Shown in pieces: positions 14,423-28,030 of a stretch of DNA of 64,000 nt. Under the pieces are notes generated by a model. The model saw only the letters and a program-made list of their open reading frames with translations. It searched no databases and was not told the origin of the DNA. Position numbers and translations under genes: made by a program. Source of the DNA: Nageia nagi (Eukaryota > Plantae > Pinophyta); NCBI GenBank assembly GCA_050084985.1, contig JBITNC010000001.1, positions 72,292,001 to 72,356,000 on the forward strand, given 5' to 3'. Numbering within the stretch: the stretch's first letter is position 1; every line of letters starts with the position of its first letter.

Positions 14423-14937
14423 TCAAGGAAATGACATGTTAAAATAAATGAAATAACATCAAAACAATAAATTGCATGATGATTGATTTGGAAATATTGA
14501 TGTATGATAATTGATAAATGATTCCAACAACCATTCTTTTTAGTTATAACCATAATAAACAATTGAAAATGTTAGAAAAACCAAAGGTTTATAAATTAGT
14601 AGCAAAAATTGCCAAAAATCTGTGATTAATCGTGAGTTTAGAGTCGATGACTTGAAACAAGTAGTTACCAGTTGACTTAATGAGTTTCTATCCTTTTGCA
14701 ACTTTTGAATACCTTTTTGAAACACTTTGAGTTATCGGTGGGTCAACACATTTGAATCATGGACGTGTATCTTAAAACCATAAAAAAAAAAAGATTTCTT
14801 TAATTGCAATTTTCAAACATGGGGAGCAGAAATTGTGTTGGAAAAACAATATTAAGGGTAAAAAATGTGGTATTGTGATTGTTGGCCAGAGCCAACCATA
14901 TTTGTATGTAAAAAATGTTTCCTTTGTGTGTAAATGT

Positions 14938-17900
14938 CAAGGTTGGAAAACTTGGACTCGGGAATTGCTCAGCCCAAAAAAAATCCGTGAGTTCTCGGCA
15001 ATTCAGAGAGCACTTGGGAAAAACTCGGCACTAAAACTTGGCAAAAAAAAACATGAACTTTTTTTGAAAAAACATATTTAAATGCGGAATTAGAGAGCTG
15101 CAATGATCATTGATTGTTTGTGATCATTAATGATCATCAAAAATAATACATACAACAAATTATAGTCACGAATCATGAGTCATAAGTGTACTAGTGCTGC
15201 AATAAAAAGCAAATACTAAAAACTGAATCTAGACTCTAATGTCTAGGACTCTAAGAGTCTAAGACTCTAAACTACTAGTGCTACTATCACTACAATGTGC
15301 TCATTCCCCTTGCCCCTTGGCTCACTCCTCACAACAGGTGGTGGTGGTGAAGAAAGTGCCACATTCTCATCCTCGATAAGATTATCAACATTAGGTATGT
15401 ACTCATCCTCATACTGATTCTCATCCTCATCCTCAAGCTCAGGCTTGATGTGAACTGTAGCTGCTACCCTAGAAGTACCTTCACCTTCTCTAGATGTACC
15501 TTCAACGTCATGTTCGCTTCCCTCTCAAGTCGCTCAATGTCCAAGTGAAGATAGGTTGTTCATCTTCCACAACCCACTCTACTAGTGGATCCATAGAATC
15601 AAGGTCAATGGCATCATAGCAATTTGTGCCCTCCACCTTTTTGACATGAAGGCGAATATTGTATTGGACAAACACAAGGTCATTTAGGTGCTGTTGGCTC
15701 AACCTATTGCGTCTCTTGGTGTGAATGCTCTCAAACATGGACCAATTGCGTTCACATCCAGAAGCGCTACAAGGCTGACTCAATATCCTCACTGCCATCC
15801 TTTGAAGATTCGGACACCGAGCACTGTTATCTTCCCACCATAAATCTACAAATAAGAAATGACTTTTTCAAAAACTCAATCTAATTCTAGATTTTATAAA
15901 ATTGAAAATACTAAATTCTAAGATAGTAAATAATTGATGAAGTCATGAAAGAACCCTTTCATTTACCTGGTCGCAAGGTTGTCCTCGACATTTTACAAAT
16001 AATTGATGAAAGAACCCTCCCATCGGCTAACTTGTGGGCCTGCATCTCATCTTGACAACGTGCCCTAAGGTCATCATCAGGTATCATCCTTTCCATGCAA
16101 GTATAGAGGCCATCCATAACCTCATCATCGACCTCAAATTTATCAGAATGAAAAAACTTGGGGTTGAAATAGGAATCCACTTCATGTAAAGGTCGATGGA
16201 GATGATGGGTCCATCTCTTATCCATGATTCTCTCAAGTTGGTCCATTTTATTTCTATTCCGTTTATACATGCGTTGGACAGCCCCATTTGCCCTATCCAT
16301 GGCTTCATACAAATAGCCCATCGGCAACAAATCACCATCTACAAGATGAAGAACCTTGACTCAAGGTTCAGTGACCTAGAAATCATAAATAAAACAAATT
16401 TATATTTACAAAATACAAAGTTACAAACTACAAACTTGCAAAGTGACAAAGTTACAAACTAGAAATTGAAAAACCAAAAAAACATAAAAGAAAGAATTTA
16501 AATTACCTTCAAGACCTCCTTAGCACCCTTCCAAAAGAAGTCATCAAACACTATCTTTTGTACCTTCTCCCCATCATCACTTTGACGAAAAGAAGACTCT
16601 CTCCATTTATCACTAATAAACATTCTCTTAAGAGGAGCTTCTGCTTCAAAGAGGCTTTTTCATGCAAGAAAATTGGAGGCAAATCTAGTGATACCTGGAC
16701 GAATAATCTCCTTGCCACCCGTGTGTTCTCTCATCAAACTAAGCACCCAAGTGTGGTTGTAAATGAATTTGGTAATTATTTTTGATTCTTCAACCACACT
16801 TTTAATCCATGTAAGCTTACCCGTATCCTCAAGCATAAGGTCAATCACATGGGCTACGCATGGACTCCAAAATAAGGTTTTGTACTTCCTCTCAAGCATT
16901 TTTCCTGTAGAAACATATGTTGAAGCGTTGTTCGTCACAACTTGGACAACATTCTCCACGCCCACTTCCAACACCACTTCCTCAAGCAATTTGAAAAGCA
17001 ACTGTGCATCTTTTACCTTATCCGATGCATCAATAGACTTCAAGAAGACCATTGATTCACTTGATGCCACCATGAAGTTGAGCAGTGTACGGGTTTTTGT
17101 ATCTGTCCATCCATTTGACATAATAGTGCATCCATGTTTGCACCAATTCTTTCTTTGCTCATCTAATAGAGCATGTGTGGTAACAACTGCATCCTCAAGC
17201 AAAGGACCACTTAAAATTCTTGCGGTAGGGGCCTTCATCCCTCTTCCAACATTGATGAATGCATTCACCATGGCCTCCCAATAAGGACTACTTGCAACAT
17301 TAAAAGGAATGTTGCAATAGTACCAAAAATTTGTAGTTGCTGCTCGGGCTGCTTTGATTTTTTCTTTTCCCCATGTTGTAGTGTCAAGAGAAGGTTGTAC
17401 TTTTGTACGAGGAACAAAGAAACCATCCATGGTTTGATGCCTCACTGGGCTTGCTTGTGATGTATTTTCATTTGATTTTGAATTTTTGCGTAAGAATCTA
17501 ATATTGATTCTTCAAAGCTCATGTTCCCCCTGATCCCTGCACCAATTACCCTCTTCGTCTTTCGCTTTTCCATCTTTTGTTCTGTTTGTGTAGCAATCAA
17601 GGTTTGCATCTCACATGTGACCTCAGGAGGTGCAACATTACACAATATTACATCATAAGTTGGAATCCTTGCAAGATGGTATTTGAATCTATTGATACCA
17701 CCCCTGCGACCTATTTTGCAATAATTGCATACCACTTCATTTGAAAGTTTATCCTTTGTGCCATGCTTCCAAGCAACAATTGTCCATGAGGATGGAGCTG
17801 GGGCTTGAGGAGGAGGTGCATTTGCATGGCCCTCATCTTCACTTGCCATCTAGAAAGTGCAAAAAATTAAAAAAACTTAAAAAAATATAAAACCCATTAA

Positions 17901-18666
17901 AAACCTTAACCTTAAGCCTTAAAAAAAATCATAAAATATGCAAAAACGAAAAATACCCTTTTGAAGTATGGGCATTAACATAAACAGAAAAAAAAATTAC
18001 ATGGTGAAAATTAAAAAAAAAACCCTACCTCTCCAAATGCACAATGAGAATAAAAAATCTCTCAATCGGATACTTGCCAAATCTGTGGTGAAATGCTTGA
18101 AATCCTTGATGAACCCCTTTAGAATGATAGCAATCCTTCAAATTCGTCATAAGCTAGGTTGGAGAACAAAAGAGGGAGCAAACTGGATGAAATGGGCAAA
18201 TGAACAAGTGAAATTTGAATTTGTAGCAAAACTGTGCATTTTTTCTTGAAAATTAGCTTCTGTTTTTCAAATAGCCGAGTACTCGGTGAGTACCCATGGG
18301 GAATGGCTAGTTTGGGAGCTGAAAACGTGGCGAGTTCCCGTGAACAAGGGCTTTTCATGTCCAAAAAAAGTCTGTTACTCCTGCTAGTCAAGAAAGCATC
18401 GAAATTGCTCGTGGGATAGGTTGCGTTGCTTGCGGGGAAGAAGAAAAAAATTGCAAAAAACCTTGGTTCGTGCACAGGTTGGATTTCGTGTTTGGTTTTG
18501 TGCCTCCTGATTTACAGCCAGAATCTTGCGATTTAGCAACCGAGTTACTTGCCGGAAAGCCGGAAAACTCGCCAAAGCCGGATTTTAACCCTCTGAAACT
18601 CGCCTAGCCTCTAATCCACAATTTCTTGCGAGCATCCGCTGATTTTCCGTGGATTTTCGAACCAGG
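14938..18666 (-). mobile_element. hAT DNA transposon 1 (decayed full-length)
   Basis: Imperfect TIRs CAAGGTTGGAAAA / rc CCTGGTTCGAAAA. 8-bp TSD gtaaatgt/gtaaatat. Internal transposase. Confidence 0.8.
15300..17849 (-). pseudogene. hAT transposase pseudogene (BED finger, DUF659, dimerisation domain; introns near 16376-16507 and 15847-15966)
   Basis: VCNYCKIGRRGGINRFKYHL, GCTIMSNGWTD, FWSPCVAHVIDLMLED and SASGCERNWS. Frameshifts near 17445 and 16660; catalytic D appears as N. Confidence 0.9.
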
Positions 18667-18819
18667 GTAAATATTAGTTTTTTTCAAGACTTAGGATTTA
18701 TATTCGTGTATATTTTTTCTTTCCCATTGCAATTGCTATCAAGAGTCTCTATTTTTTCCGTTACTTTAGAGTTGCAGTTGAGGTTGTTAGTTTGATGTTG
18801 CACTATGATTAATAGAAAG

Positions 18820-19650
18820 AGGGACCCTTTTTGGAAGTATCTACAACTAGCTGATAAACTTGAGCAATGCATTTGCAATTATTGCAACGGTTTCATAAGT
18901 GTGGGTATAACCAAAATGAAATACCACATTGTATGAGTAGTTTGTAAAATAGTGGAGGGGGAGGTGATGTAGCTAGTCAATGCCTATTGGAGGCCTTCTT
19001 GCAAAAGGATTCAAAGAAGTGAAATATTGAAGCCATCCCAAAGCCTTATATGATGAAAACTATTTGGGCTCCAATTCCTCCATTTTGGGTAGAGTCTAGT
19101 GATGCTAATGTCCTTGCAACAAGCAACAGTGGGCCTCAAATTAGAAATGGAGCTGCTATTGCAAGTCTTGGTGCAGTCATATGTAATTTCGTTTTACATA
19201 GATATGTCCTTTGTTCTCAACCCACCTCGGAGGGCATTGGGTGGTCATGGAATGAAGATAAGCACATAAGGGCAAATAAGGTATGTGCAAATTTTTGTTA
19301 CTTCTTCAACATCCAATTAAATGTTGCTAAGCCTCCATATTGGAAATATATGGTCAATTGAATTATTGTTTGTGTGCCTAGGTTCAAGCCATCCGATTAT
19401 CATGAATTGCAAGTCTCCATGCTTTAGGAAGTTGTCAATAATGTTCAGCTGATTATTAATGACCAAATGAAAATTTGCAAGAACAGCTGCAACATAATGA
19501 CAAATGAATGGCTAATGGGAGGAATAAAACTCTCATAAACTTCCATGTTTCTTCCATGGGTTATGGTATTTTTGAATTCAGTTGATGCCTCATTAGAGAC
19601 TAAAAATGCGGTATGCATTGCTGATATGATTGAGGAGGTCATCATGCAGT
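18820..19650 (+). pseudogene. Truncated, old hAT transposase 5' half
   Basis: DPFWKY..CICNYCNG...GITKMKYH (BED), NFCYFFNIQLNVAKPPYWKYMVN and MVFLNSVDAS..KNA..IADMIEEVI. Confidence 0.75.
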
Positions 19651-19943
19651 ATGCATTTCTGATATATTTTTTTTTTGAAATGCCTTTGAGCTATTTTTCA
19701 TTTAGGTCAAATTTGATTGAACATTCATGTAAGTTATATGTCAATTTATGCAATTTGGGGTTTGCCTAATGGTTTTCTTGCGATTGTCTTCTATTTTCTT
19801 TTCAAATGGAACGTGGCATTGAACTATTTTCAATAAATAAGCAACATAACTGAATCACTTAGGGATGTAGAGGAATGATGTGGCTATGAGTATTCTATCC
19901 ATAATTAGATGTATTGATTTATTGCATTTTTTTTTTTGTTTAG

Positions 19944-20080
19944 TTTGAAGTGTTGCTGCCACCACTTCATGCCCTTATCTTGGAAGTTGAGCGAGAAGAT
20001 GTTCGAGGGGGTCGCCTTTTGAATCTACTCCACAAAAAATGTCATTGTGGGGTTCCCGAGCTGCAAGCATGTATTCAAAG
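19944..20080 (+). CDS. GCP4: Gamma-tubulin complex component 4, internal exon (FEVLLPPLHALILEVEREDVRGGRLLNLLHKKCHCGVPELQACIQ-R)
   Basis: T-rich acceptor ...gtttag|TTT and donor AAAG|gtatta. 137 nt, stop-free, ends in phase 2. The peptide matches the plant GCP4 GRIP1 segment (LLPPL..ILEIER.DIRGG.LLN.L.K.CHCGVPEL..C.QR) as I recall it. Confidence 0.93.
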
Positions 20081-20511
20081 GTATTACTCAATCTCATTTA
20101 ATGTAGGATCTTATTATAAAATCCAGTAGGATATCTTTGTATAGGTGACAGGTAATCGAGTTGTATGAAGTAATCTATAAATCACGCAACTAAGGAACAT
20201 TGCTTAGTAGTTCATAAGTCCAAAAGATGTAGGCATTGGTTCTGTATTCAATATATCATAAAAGACTTGTCTATGTGACAAATAGCAGAATACTTGTATT
20301 GTTTTATTTACACTAATTCTTGAGTTTTTCTGGGTAGTTGGTAGAAGTTATCTTTCCAATGCCTAGACATTTTTGCACGTAGAGAGTGATTGCTATGGGC
20401 GATTACCTTGATTGAAATTGAATCTTGTTAGTTAATCAACCAAAATGAAAAAAAATACTAAAATATGCATAATTATTCTTGTTTAAAATGAAAAATAGAT
20501 TCATAGCAATA

Positions 20512-21230
20512 TGTAGGATTTAATATACAAAGAGGACATATCTACAGGGTAGAGGGTTTGAAGATTGATGGTGAACAGCTTGTGATTTGGGAGGGCGAAC
20601 CCTAGATGCTGCAAGATGATAGATTTGGATGATTCTGCAACTAACAATCTGAAGATGTTTATGAAGGAAATTTCGAAGATATTTTTGAGGATGATTCTAG
20701 TTTCAAATGATTTTAGAATTGATGCATATATATTATGAAGCAATCGAGATCAAATGTGCAAGTTGTTGAGTGTTTTAATCAAAATATGGACATTTTGGGA
20801 TGTTGTTCCCAAATCATTGGGTGTCTCAAGACAATGTGCAAGAACATTAGGCATTTTGGGAGGGTGTGCCAAAACATTCAGGATTTTGGTGAGGTTGATT
20901 GTTTTGGGTTATGTTGCCTCCAAAGGTGTAGTTAGGTCTTTTTCAATGATTTGGGATTGTATGTGTCTTGATTTTGTGCAAGAGTTAGTAGTTTTTGAAT
21001 AAAAAAAAAAGAGGTAGATGCGCTAACTTGATGATTCCATTGATATTATGGAAGAACATAGATAATTGTTGATGATATAGCCTTCACCTAGCTGGACCCA
21101 TTTAAGACAATGTGCATATAAGACAATATTAAATTAGAAGATTTGGCCTAAGTTATTCTAGAGAAATCGAAAATGGGTCCACACAAATAACGTCATTTTA
21201 GATAGTAAAATGCAATTTTAAGTGTCTACA
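20512..21230 (-). mobile_element. Old LTR (TGTAG...CTACA), related to 35413-36060
   Basis: Shared blocks: aagatatttttgaggatgatt, aacaatgtgcatataaga..aaattagaagattt..cctaagtta and caaataa.gtcattttagat..taaaat.caattt.a.tgtctac. Confidence 0.6.
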
Positions 21231-23163
21231 TTTTTGTCCATTCAGAGCATGGTTGAGGAGACAAATTGAGTCTCTATTTCAAAATAGACTTATTTAAGAA
21301 TTTGATGAATTCTTACACTGTTGCTTTTGCAAAGATCTTGTCATAATTTAATGAGACACATCTTGAGAAGCATAGGTGAGAGCTTGGATTAACACGTTCT
21401 TTTAAAGTGAAGAGAATAATGTTGATTGCTGCTTTTGCTTTGAGTTGCATGTGAAGACCTATGCTGAACATGGATAACTTGTAATTTAATAGATATGTCA
21501 ATGATACTTCATAATTTGATACTTTAGAGAATGATTACCCTTGCGGTTCAACTAGGTCCTAAGCCTCAACAACCCTCACGGTTGAACCAAGTTGTTCCAA
21601 ATTATTTGCATATCAATCTTAATATCAACTTCAGGAAGATCATCTTTAAAAATATCATTTTTAGAACCATCAAGATCCACTATAGCTAGAATTCTCCCTC
21701 CTAGAACACAAGTTGTCTACCAACTATTGGTATGTTTTTCTTTCCTAGTCCAAAACATGCACAAGAATTGGAGGAAACAACGTTACTTGTGCCCGCCTAA
21801 AAGGACTGGTTACCTCAAGCATTCACATGGAATATGGTCTTTAAGGCTCATAAGTCAAAGATGCATGCTGTTAACTGTATACAAGGGAAATACAACGTCG
21901 GAGTTCCTTTCCTCGATAAGGAAAGGCTACAAATGTAAACGAAAGCGAAGAAAGATCACAAATGCAGGGACAAACACTTGGATAAATGCAAAGAGATACA
22001 AGGAAAAGAAATGGCTTATGAAGGTATCACCAGCAATGCAGTGTCTCGGCAGGTCATCTTCAGATTCATTAAGGTCGATGCATTCACTATCAAGCCGAGC
22101 AACAAATAGCAAATATGTTCAAATCACTACCAGACGAGAGCAGGAAGTTGTTGGGTCTTGGTGGAAGACTCGATGGAAGGGTATAAGTGAGGTGAGGACG
22201 TGAGTGCAAGGATCTAACTGAATGGTATAAAGACAAGCTATAAGCCTCAAAAGACATTCACTTGTGTGCAAATCATGCAAGGAATTAACTGAAACCATCC
22301 AAATGAATGTTCAATATGCAACTCAAGGAGAGAGAATCATTTAGATATGCATAATCTCACAAATGATATCCTTGACAATATAAACTTTATAATCTCATTC
22401 CTCCAAAGGAAATACATTCATGATGATATTCAATAATGAACATGCATAGAACCCCTTATGCAGCGAACCTTTATGCAATGGAATACAAATATTAAAGGAT
22501 GCAACAACTCAAAAATTATTACATATATAAAAACTTATAGCCAGAATCTCAGAGATATAAGAACCTCAATATTCAATATTTCCATTAAGTACAAAGTCTC
22601 ACACATGCAATAATGCGTAAAAACTATGCAATATAGTCCAAGTGCAAAACTTGCATAATTCCTCCAATGTGAATATCCTATATGCAAAGATCCAATGCAA
22701 AAATCCCTAGTGTCAAAAATCCCTTTCTAAATGGCCTAAATGGTGTATAAATAGGCCACTAGAAGTGTTGCCTTAAAGGCATCAAATCTAATATGGTATG
22801 CACACACGCAACACTCACACCAATACAAAATCAGATTGTTTACACAAAACTATGCAAGTAGCATTTAAAAGCTGACAAAATATAAATGCCACTGTCAAAA
22901 TGCATCTAATCTACTCCTAATCCATGCAAACGTAAATTAGAGCCATAAAACATCTAACATCTAAACTAGCGGGAGCAAAAACCTCATCCTTGCATCGGTC
23001 AGAGCCATAAATGACTCTGACTAATCTGATATGGCAGGAGCAAAACCTCATCCCTACACCAGTCAAATCAAATGAAATAAAGCTTGACATAACAACCATC
23101 ATCAAGTATGCATTAAACAAAATGGAAAAGATACCGTAGGCAGAACCTGCGAGTGGATCAGAC

Positions 23164-26100
23164 CTAGGCTAGATCTAATCCCATACTAGTGGAGTTCCAC
23201 TCCTTGCCAGTGAGACCGTATGACTTAATGGTCTCCTCCAAGAATACCACAGCCTTCCGCATGCTCCTGGAAATGATGTCAACGGTGCTACCATCCTGCC
23301 GAAAATAATCATCTATCTTCTTGGACATAGCTTGCATCTGGTGCCTCCAGATGACCATCTGCCTCGCATGGACGATGGGATGCCCTGCCTTCAGCAAGCT
23401 GAGATCATCGATATCAAGATGTTCCTGCAATAGATTTTGAGCTTCTACCAATATTGCCTCCTTTCTTACATTGTTGTCCTCCCCTTGGAAGTTGATAGAC
23501 ATATTCACTCATCTGTTCTTCGACCTCCTTTCTCAAGGGGATTCTAATTTTCAAGGCCGTATTGCATTTTTCAAGTGTGTGGTTCAACCAATCATGATGA
23601 TAGGTGAACTCGTGGCAGTAGACTAGCTTTTCGGGACTGTCAGCGTAAATATGCTACAAATGGGAGACGTTGGGAAGATGACCATTCATGGTGCCAAGGT
23701 GTGCTGAAATTTGTGCTTTGAGATCCTTGATTTCTGCAACTTCAGCAAGGAGCCTGTAAATTCGAGAAGACAATCTCTTGATGGCCTCCATCACTTCCTT
23801 CTTCAGCTACTCCTTCATCGCTTCCCAACCCTCATGGAAGGAGGTCTGCTTTTGCAGATCTAAGGGGTTAGTACTGACCTTTTGGAACTACTTGATGATT
23901 TTCCTGCTAGCTGTGAGTTCCCTTTTTAATCTCTTCACCTCCTTTTTGGCTTCATAGCCTTCTTGCTCCATGACTACAACATTCTGCGTGATTGTGTTTC
24001 CGGGCTGTCAATCCCAGTTTCATGGGCATCTTGAATGTCTCAATGATGTAGTCCTCTGCTCTTTGAGGGTGTTTCTCCTTCGAATAACAATGGGTAATGG
24101 AGATTTCTTTTCTAGAAGTGGAGACAAAAGTGTCAACCCTTTGAATCTTCTCACCGTATGAGAGTTCTTCTTCTTCATCCTCAGAGAGCAGGTTCTCATC
24201 TATATCTTCATCATGAGCCCTGCTTATGCTGAGGGCTCTAATGAAGGCATCTAGGTCAAGATCTGGATGCTCGGTTGCTGGCTTGGGAGGAAATCTCTAA
24301 ACCAACAGCTGTCCTTTGTCAATCTTCTTGACCTCTTTCGTTTGAGTGGTTTGAACTATGGTGATCTCTTTAACTTAGTACTTTTCTTACCTTCTTTTCT
24401 TCTTTTGCTTCTCAATCTCTCCTTCATCTTTTTCATCTCCTCCATTATCGCCTATAGATATACCCTTTTTCCGTGGCTAGGGAGATCTCTCATGGCTCGT
24501 CCTCTTTGTGGAGGACTTATGTGACGTGGAAGGGGGCTTCTTCCTATGTGCGGTAGGAGAGGGTTTGGAGGCACTTGCTTCTTTGGCACATTTTTCTCCA
24601 ACGATTTGGACGTCATCATCATACGTTCCAACATCCACTATCTCTTTATCATACAAGAGAGTTTCAATCTCCACCTCGTTGGGTGTAGAGGCTCCTACAA
24701 CTACATCCTCTTACTCAGGAATACCGGTAGTACCATCATCATCATCATCTTCTTCTTCTTCTCTTCTACCATGGCTTTCTGAGTCTTTTCCAAAATCTTC
24801 CACTATACAACCAGGCTCTTCGTTAATTTCTTCATCAGAAGAAGTGGAACGTTCAGAACTAGAACTAGAACTTGTTTGTAAAAGGGGGACTTTCTCCTTG
24901 CATCCAAGAGAATGAGTAAGTTTGGAAGGGATTGCCTCGGTGGGTGAATCACTAGCACAGGCCTCACCCACTACATCATCTAGCACATTCGAGGGGAGGG
25001 TGTGATAGCCAACATCCTTAAGATCATTTATGATCGTGCTATGCTTGCTAGGAACTGGAACATGTTTCCTCGAAGTCTCTTGTCTCTTTCCAAGCGGAAA
25101 CAAGGACGTCTTGCATGGTGTAGATGTAGTGCGAACAGGGGAAGGAGACGACTTGATCCTGAGAGAGACCTCCTTTGATCTGGGTTTTGTAGTTTGGGGT
25201 CTTTGAGGTGGCTTTTCTACTTGGAAGGGAGCCTTTTTCTTGCTCAAAAGAGCATCTATTTGTGCAATCTCCTCCTCATCCTGCACGTTCCTATACCTCT
25301 CCTCATTCCCCAAAGACTTATGCATAAATGCAATAGGCTTGTGGAATGCAATGTTATAGAAACGAGCAATTATACCCATAGGATCATAGTTTCTTGCAAC
25401 CACCTCCTTGGAAAAGGCATACTTCTACAACTCCTTCATGCTGGCTGCCTCCACCCACGTCTGACACACATACTTGGCAATAGAGATAGGCAAATTGATT
25501 GTTGCATTCTTCTCTTTCCAGACTTTCTCCTTTAAGAACAGAAGCTGCCTAGCAAACTCCATGAGGATCAGCTTGTCACTGGCATATTTTGGCAGGAGCA
25601 GGGGTCTCTCCTCTGAGCCATAGACTTTGATATATGTACGATCATCATATTGCAGAAAGAAATCTGCATGTACTTTGAGAGCTTGGATATCTGCATTAGA
25701 AATCCTCCTCTCCACGGACTCTCCTTAGATATCTTTGTAGATATCATACTCCCACTGATCATTCCTCTAATAGAAATGCTAAAACTTGTTTTTATACCTC
25801 CACTTTTGGTAGGCTCGCCACACGGGGGTATTCTTTTACCCCAAATATCTCTCATCAGCCAACTCCGTAGGACTCGCTTGTCATATTCACACTTCCTGGA
25901 CCCTTCGTAGCACAAGTCAAGAAAGGGTACTGCAAAGGGCATCATAGTGGCGTTGAACAAGCCACATGTGTGGATGAGCTCTTTTGATAAGTCCTCCTTG
26001 CTGATGGAGGTTGTGGAGGCCAATGTCTGAATAGGGTCTAAGTTTCCCTAGTCTGTATCATTGAGAAAGATGTATCTCCCCTTAAATTTGGCTTCAAGGA

Positions 26101-26240
26101 GTTGTGGTCTTTCTCTCCTGAAATTCAATCAAGCTTTCTTTCAAAACTTGGGTCATCTGGCTCTTGGTTACATGTCTTTCAAAGAGTTGGCCTTGAATCT
26201 TCCTAGCCCTTGATGGAGGTGGTTTGATATTGGAAGCCAT
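23164..26240 (-). pseudogene. Orphan ~1000-codon ORF inside element A (frameshifted)
   Basis: Consecutive ORF fragments 25568-26023, 25425-25715, 24711-25403, 24477-24674 and 23164-23508. Homologous to 58050-61212. Confidence 0.75.
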
Positions 26241-26479
26241 ACAAGATTGTTTGAATACCCCTGGAAAAACCCTACAGACAAACCTAAACGTTGTGAAAGA
26301 TGTAGCAAGGCTGAGTCAGACTTGTAGATTTGGGTTGTAGGACATCCAACACCCTTAATGGTAGTTGTTTCCCCCTTTATATGAGACACATGGAGGATGA
26401 ATGCATGGCAGGGTGCATGCTTGCCACTTGTCTTCTCCTCTCAACTCTTGGCGTCCCACACTTGACCAGTGTCACTTTG

Positions 26480-28030
26480 TAATCCTAGGCGCACAGTTTT
26501 GGATGAGTGCTTGAGCACAGCTTGAAAAACATGCAACTAGGTCTAGGGTCACAGTCAAATTTTAGAACATAATTCTTCCCGTCGATTTTGGGCTCATGGA
26601 TCTGGATGAGTGCTTGAGCACAACTTGAAGAACATGCGACTAGGTCTAGAGACTATACTAAAATGCCTTAGCTGAAAAAAAGGCTAACTAGATGCACAAT
26701 GTCCCATAAAACACCTTATTTCTCCTTGGCACACTGTTTGAGATGAGTGCAAAAGCATGCATCAGGAATGGTGCGATTGGGGAAAGGGTGGCAAACCTAA
26801 AATGAAGTGATTAAAATGATTAAGGGTGAGGTGATATTTATAATTTTCCGGACTACCATATGTCACCTCTAGATTGGTCAATCTAGGGGTCAAATGATGG
26901 AGCAAAAATAAGGGCGCGTGGTTTTAAAGGAGTGCAAAAGCATGTGATGAAAAGCATGCGACTAGCTTTAGGTACTTACCCAATTTTCCAAGTTGAAACT
27001 GAAGTCCAATTCCTGGTTGCACCGTTTTGAGAGGGTGCTAAAGCATGCATATCAATCCTTGCACCCAAGGGTCTGGCACGCTTCCCAAGACCAAAAATTC
27101 AAAGATCTCTTGAAAAATGCAAGTTTGATGTAGGTTGCAGTTTGGAGGGGTTGCTTTCCTGCCTTAGTCCCATGCTCTACTCCATAAAAATTTGCAAACT
27201 GAAATACTGCGGCTGACTTCCTTTTTATAGCCCTTCGTGTAGGATAGGTGTTGCCATATGATAGGTGCGGGAGAAGGTCCAATGCATGAATTTCCACTTG
27301 TCCGCAAACTGGACCCAACACTTAGTCAATTTTCCCTTCATGAATCTGGTCGCATGGTTTGACTAGGGTGCAAAAGCACTCACTGAAAAGCATATGACTA
27401 GCCTTGGTTGCCCAAAAAAAGGCTAAGTCCCTTTCCTTCTTGGTCGGATGGATTGAATAGAGTGCAAAGGACTCGTTTGAAAATATGTGACAACTTTGTG
27501 ACCACAAAAATGACTAAGGATGAGAAACTTTTCCTTGGTCGCATGGTTTGAGTAGGGTGCAAAAATATTCACTCAAAAACATGCGACAACTTTTCATGGC
27601 CCCAAAATGACTAAGCATTAAATTTTCTCCTTGGTCACATGGTTTCAGATGGGTCCAAAAGCAAGTACTCAAAAACATGCGACAACTTTTCATGCAACAA
27701 AAATGCTAAGTATAGGGGGCCTTTACCTTGGTCGCACCATTTTGGGTGAGTGCAAAAGGACTCACCTAAAAACATGCGACAAGCTGAAAAAACATGATTT
27801 CCTTGCATTTTGGCCAAAACGATACAAATATGAAATACAATGAGGGAGAGACAGATTTCTGCAATATGGAGGACCTTCAAAAATGCAACAATAAGAGACA
27901 AAAATGCAAGGAATGAGGATGAAAACGCAGCAAGGGGCTGGTCGCACCGTTTGAGTTGGGTGCACAAGGACTCACTCCAAAACATACGACAATCTGAAAA
28001 ATGCACAATTCTGACCTGACTTGACCACAA
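26480..28030. repeat. Degenerate ~100-bp repeats within element A
   Basis: Recurring ggtcgca..gtttg..tgagtgcaaaag...aaaacatgcgac units with an internal gtcgca/tgcgac inversion. Confidence 0.7.

Noticed and set aside
8194-14900. Upstream GCP4 exon or another host gene (e.g. ORFs 9521-9946 and 10756-11079)
   Set aside because: No recognisable GCP4 peptide or convincing splice-bounded coding segment. An exon could lie in a gap or upstream of the window.
16763-17284. 173-aa + strand ORF (likewise 44540-44962 and 24508-24915)
   Set aside because: Antisense shadows of transposase or orphan ORFs.
21592-22203. 203-aa + strand ORF
   Set aside because: It crosses the boundary of element A in antisense LTR sequence and has no recognisable motif.
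26480-28030. CRISPR-like repeat/spacer array
   Set aside because: Eukaryotic context, degenerate full-length units and no cas genes.
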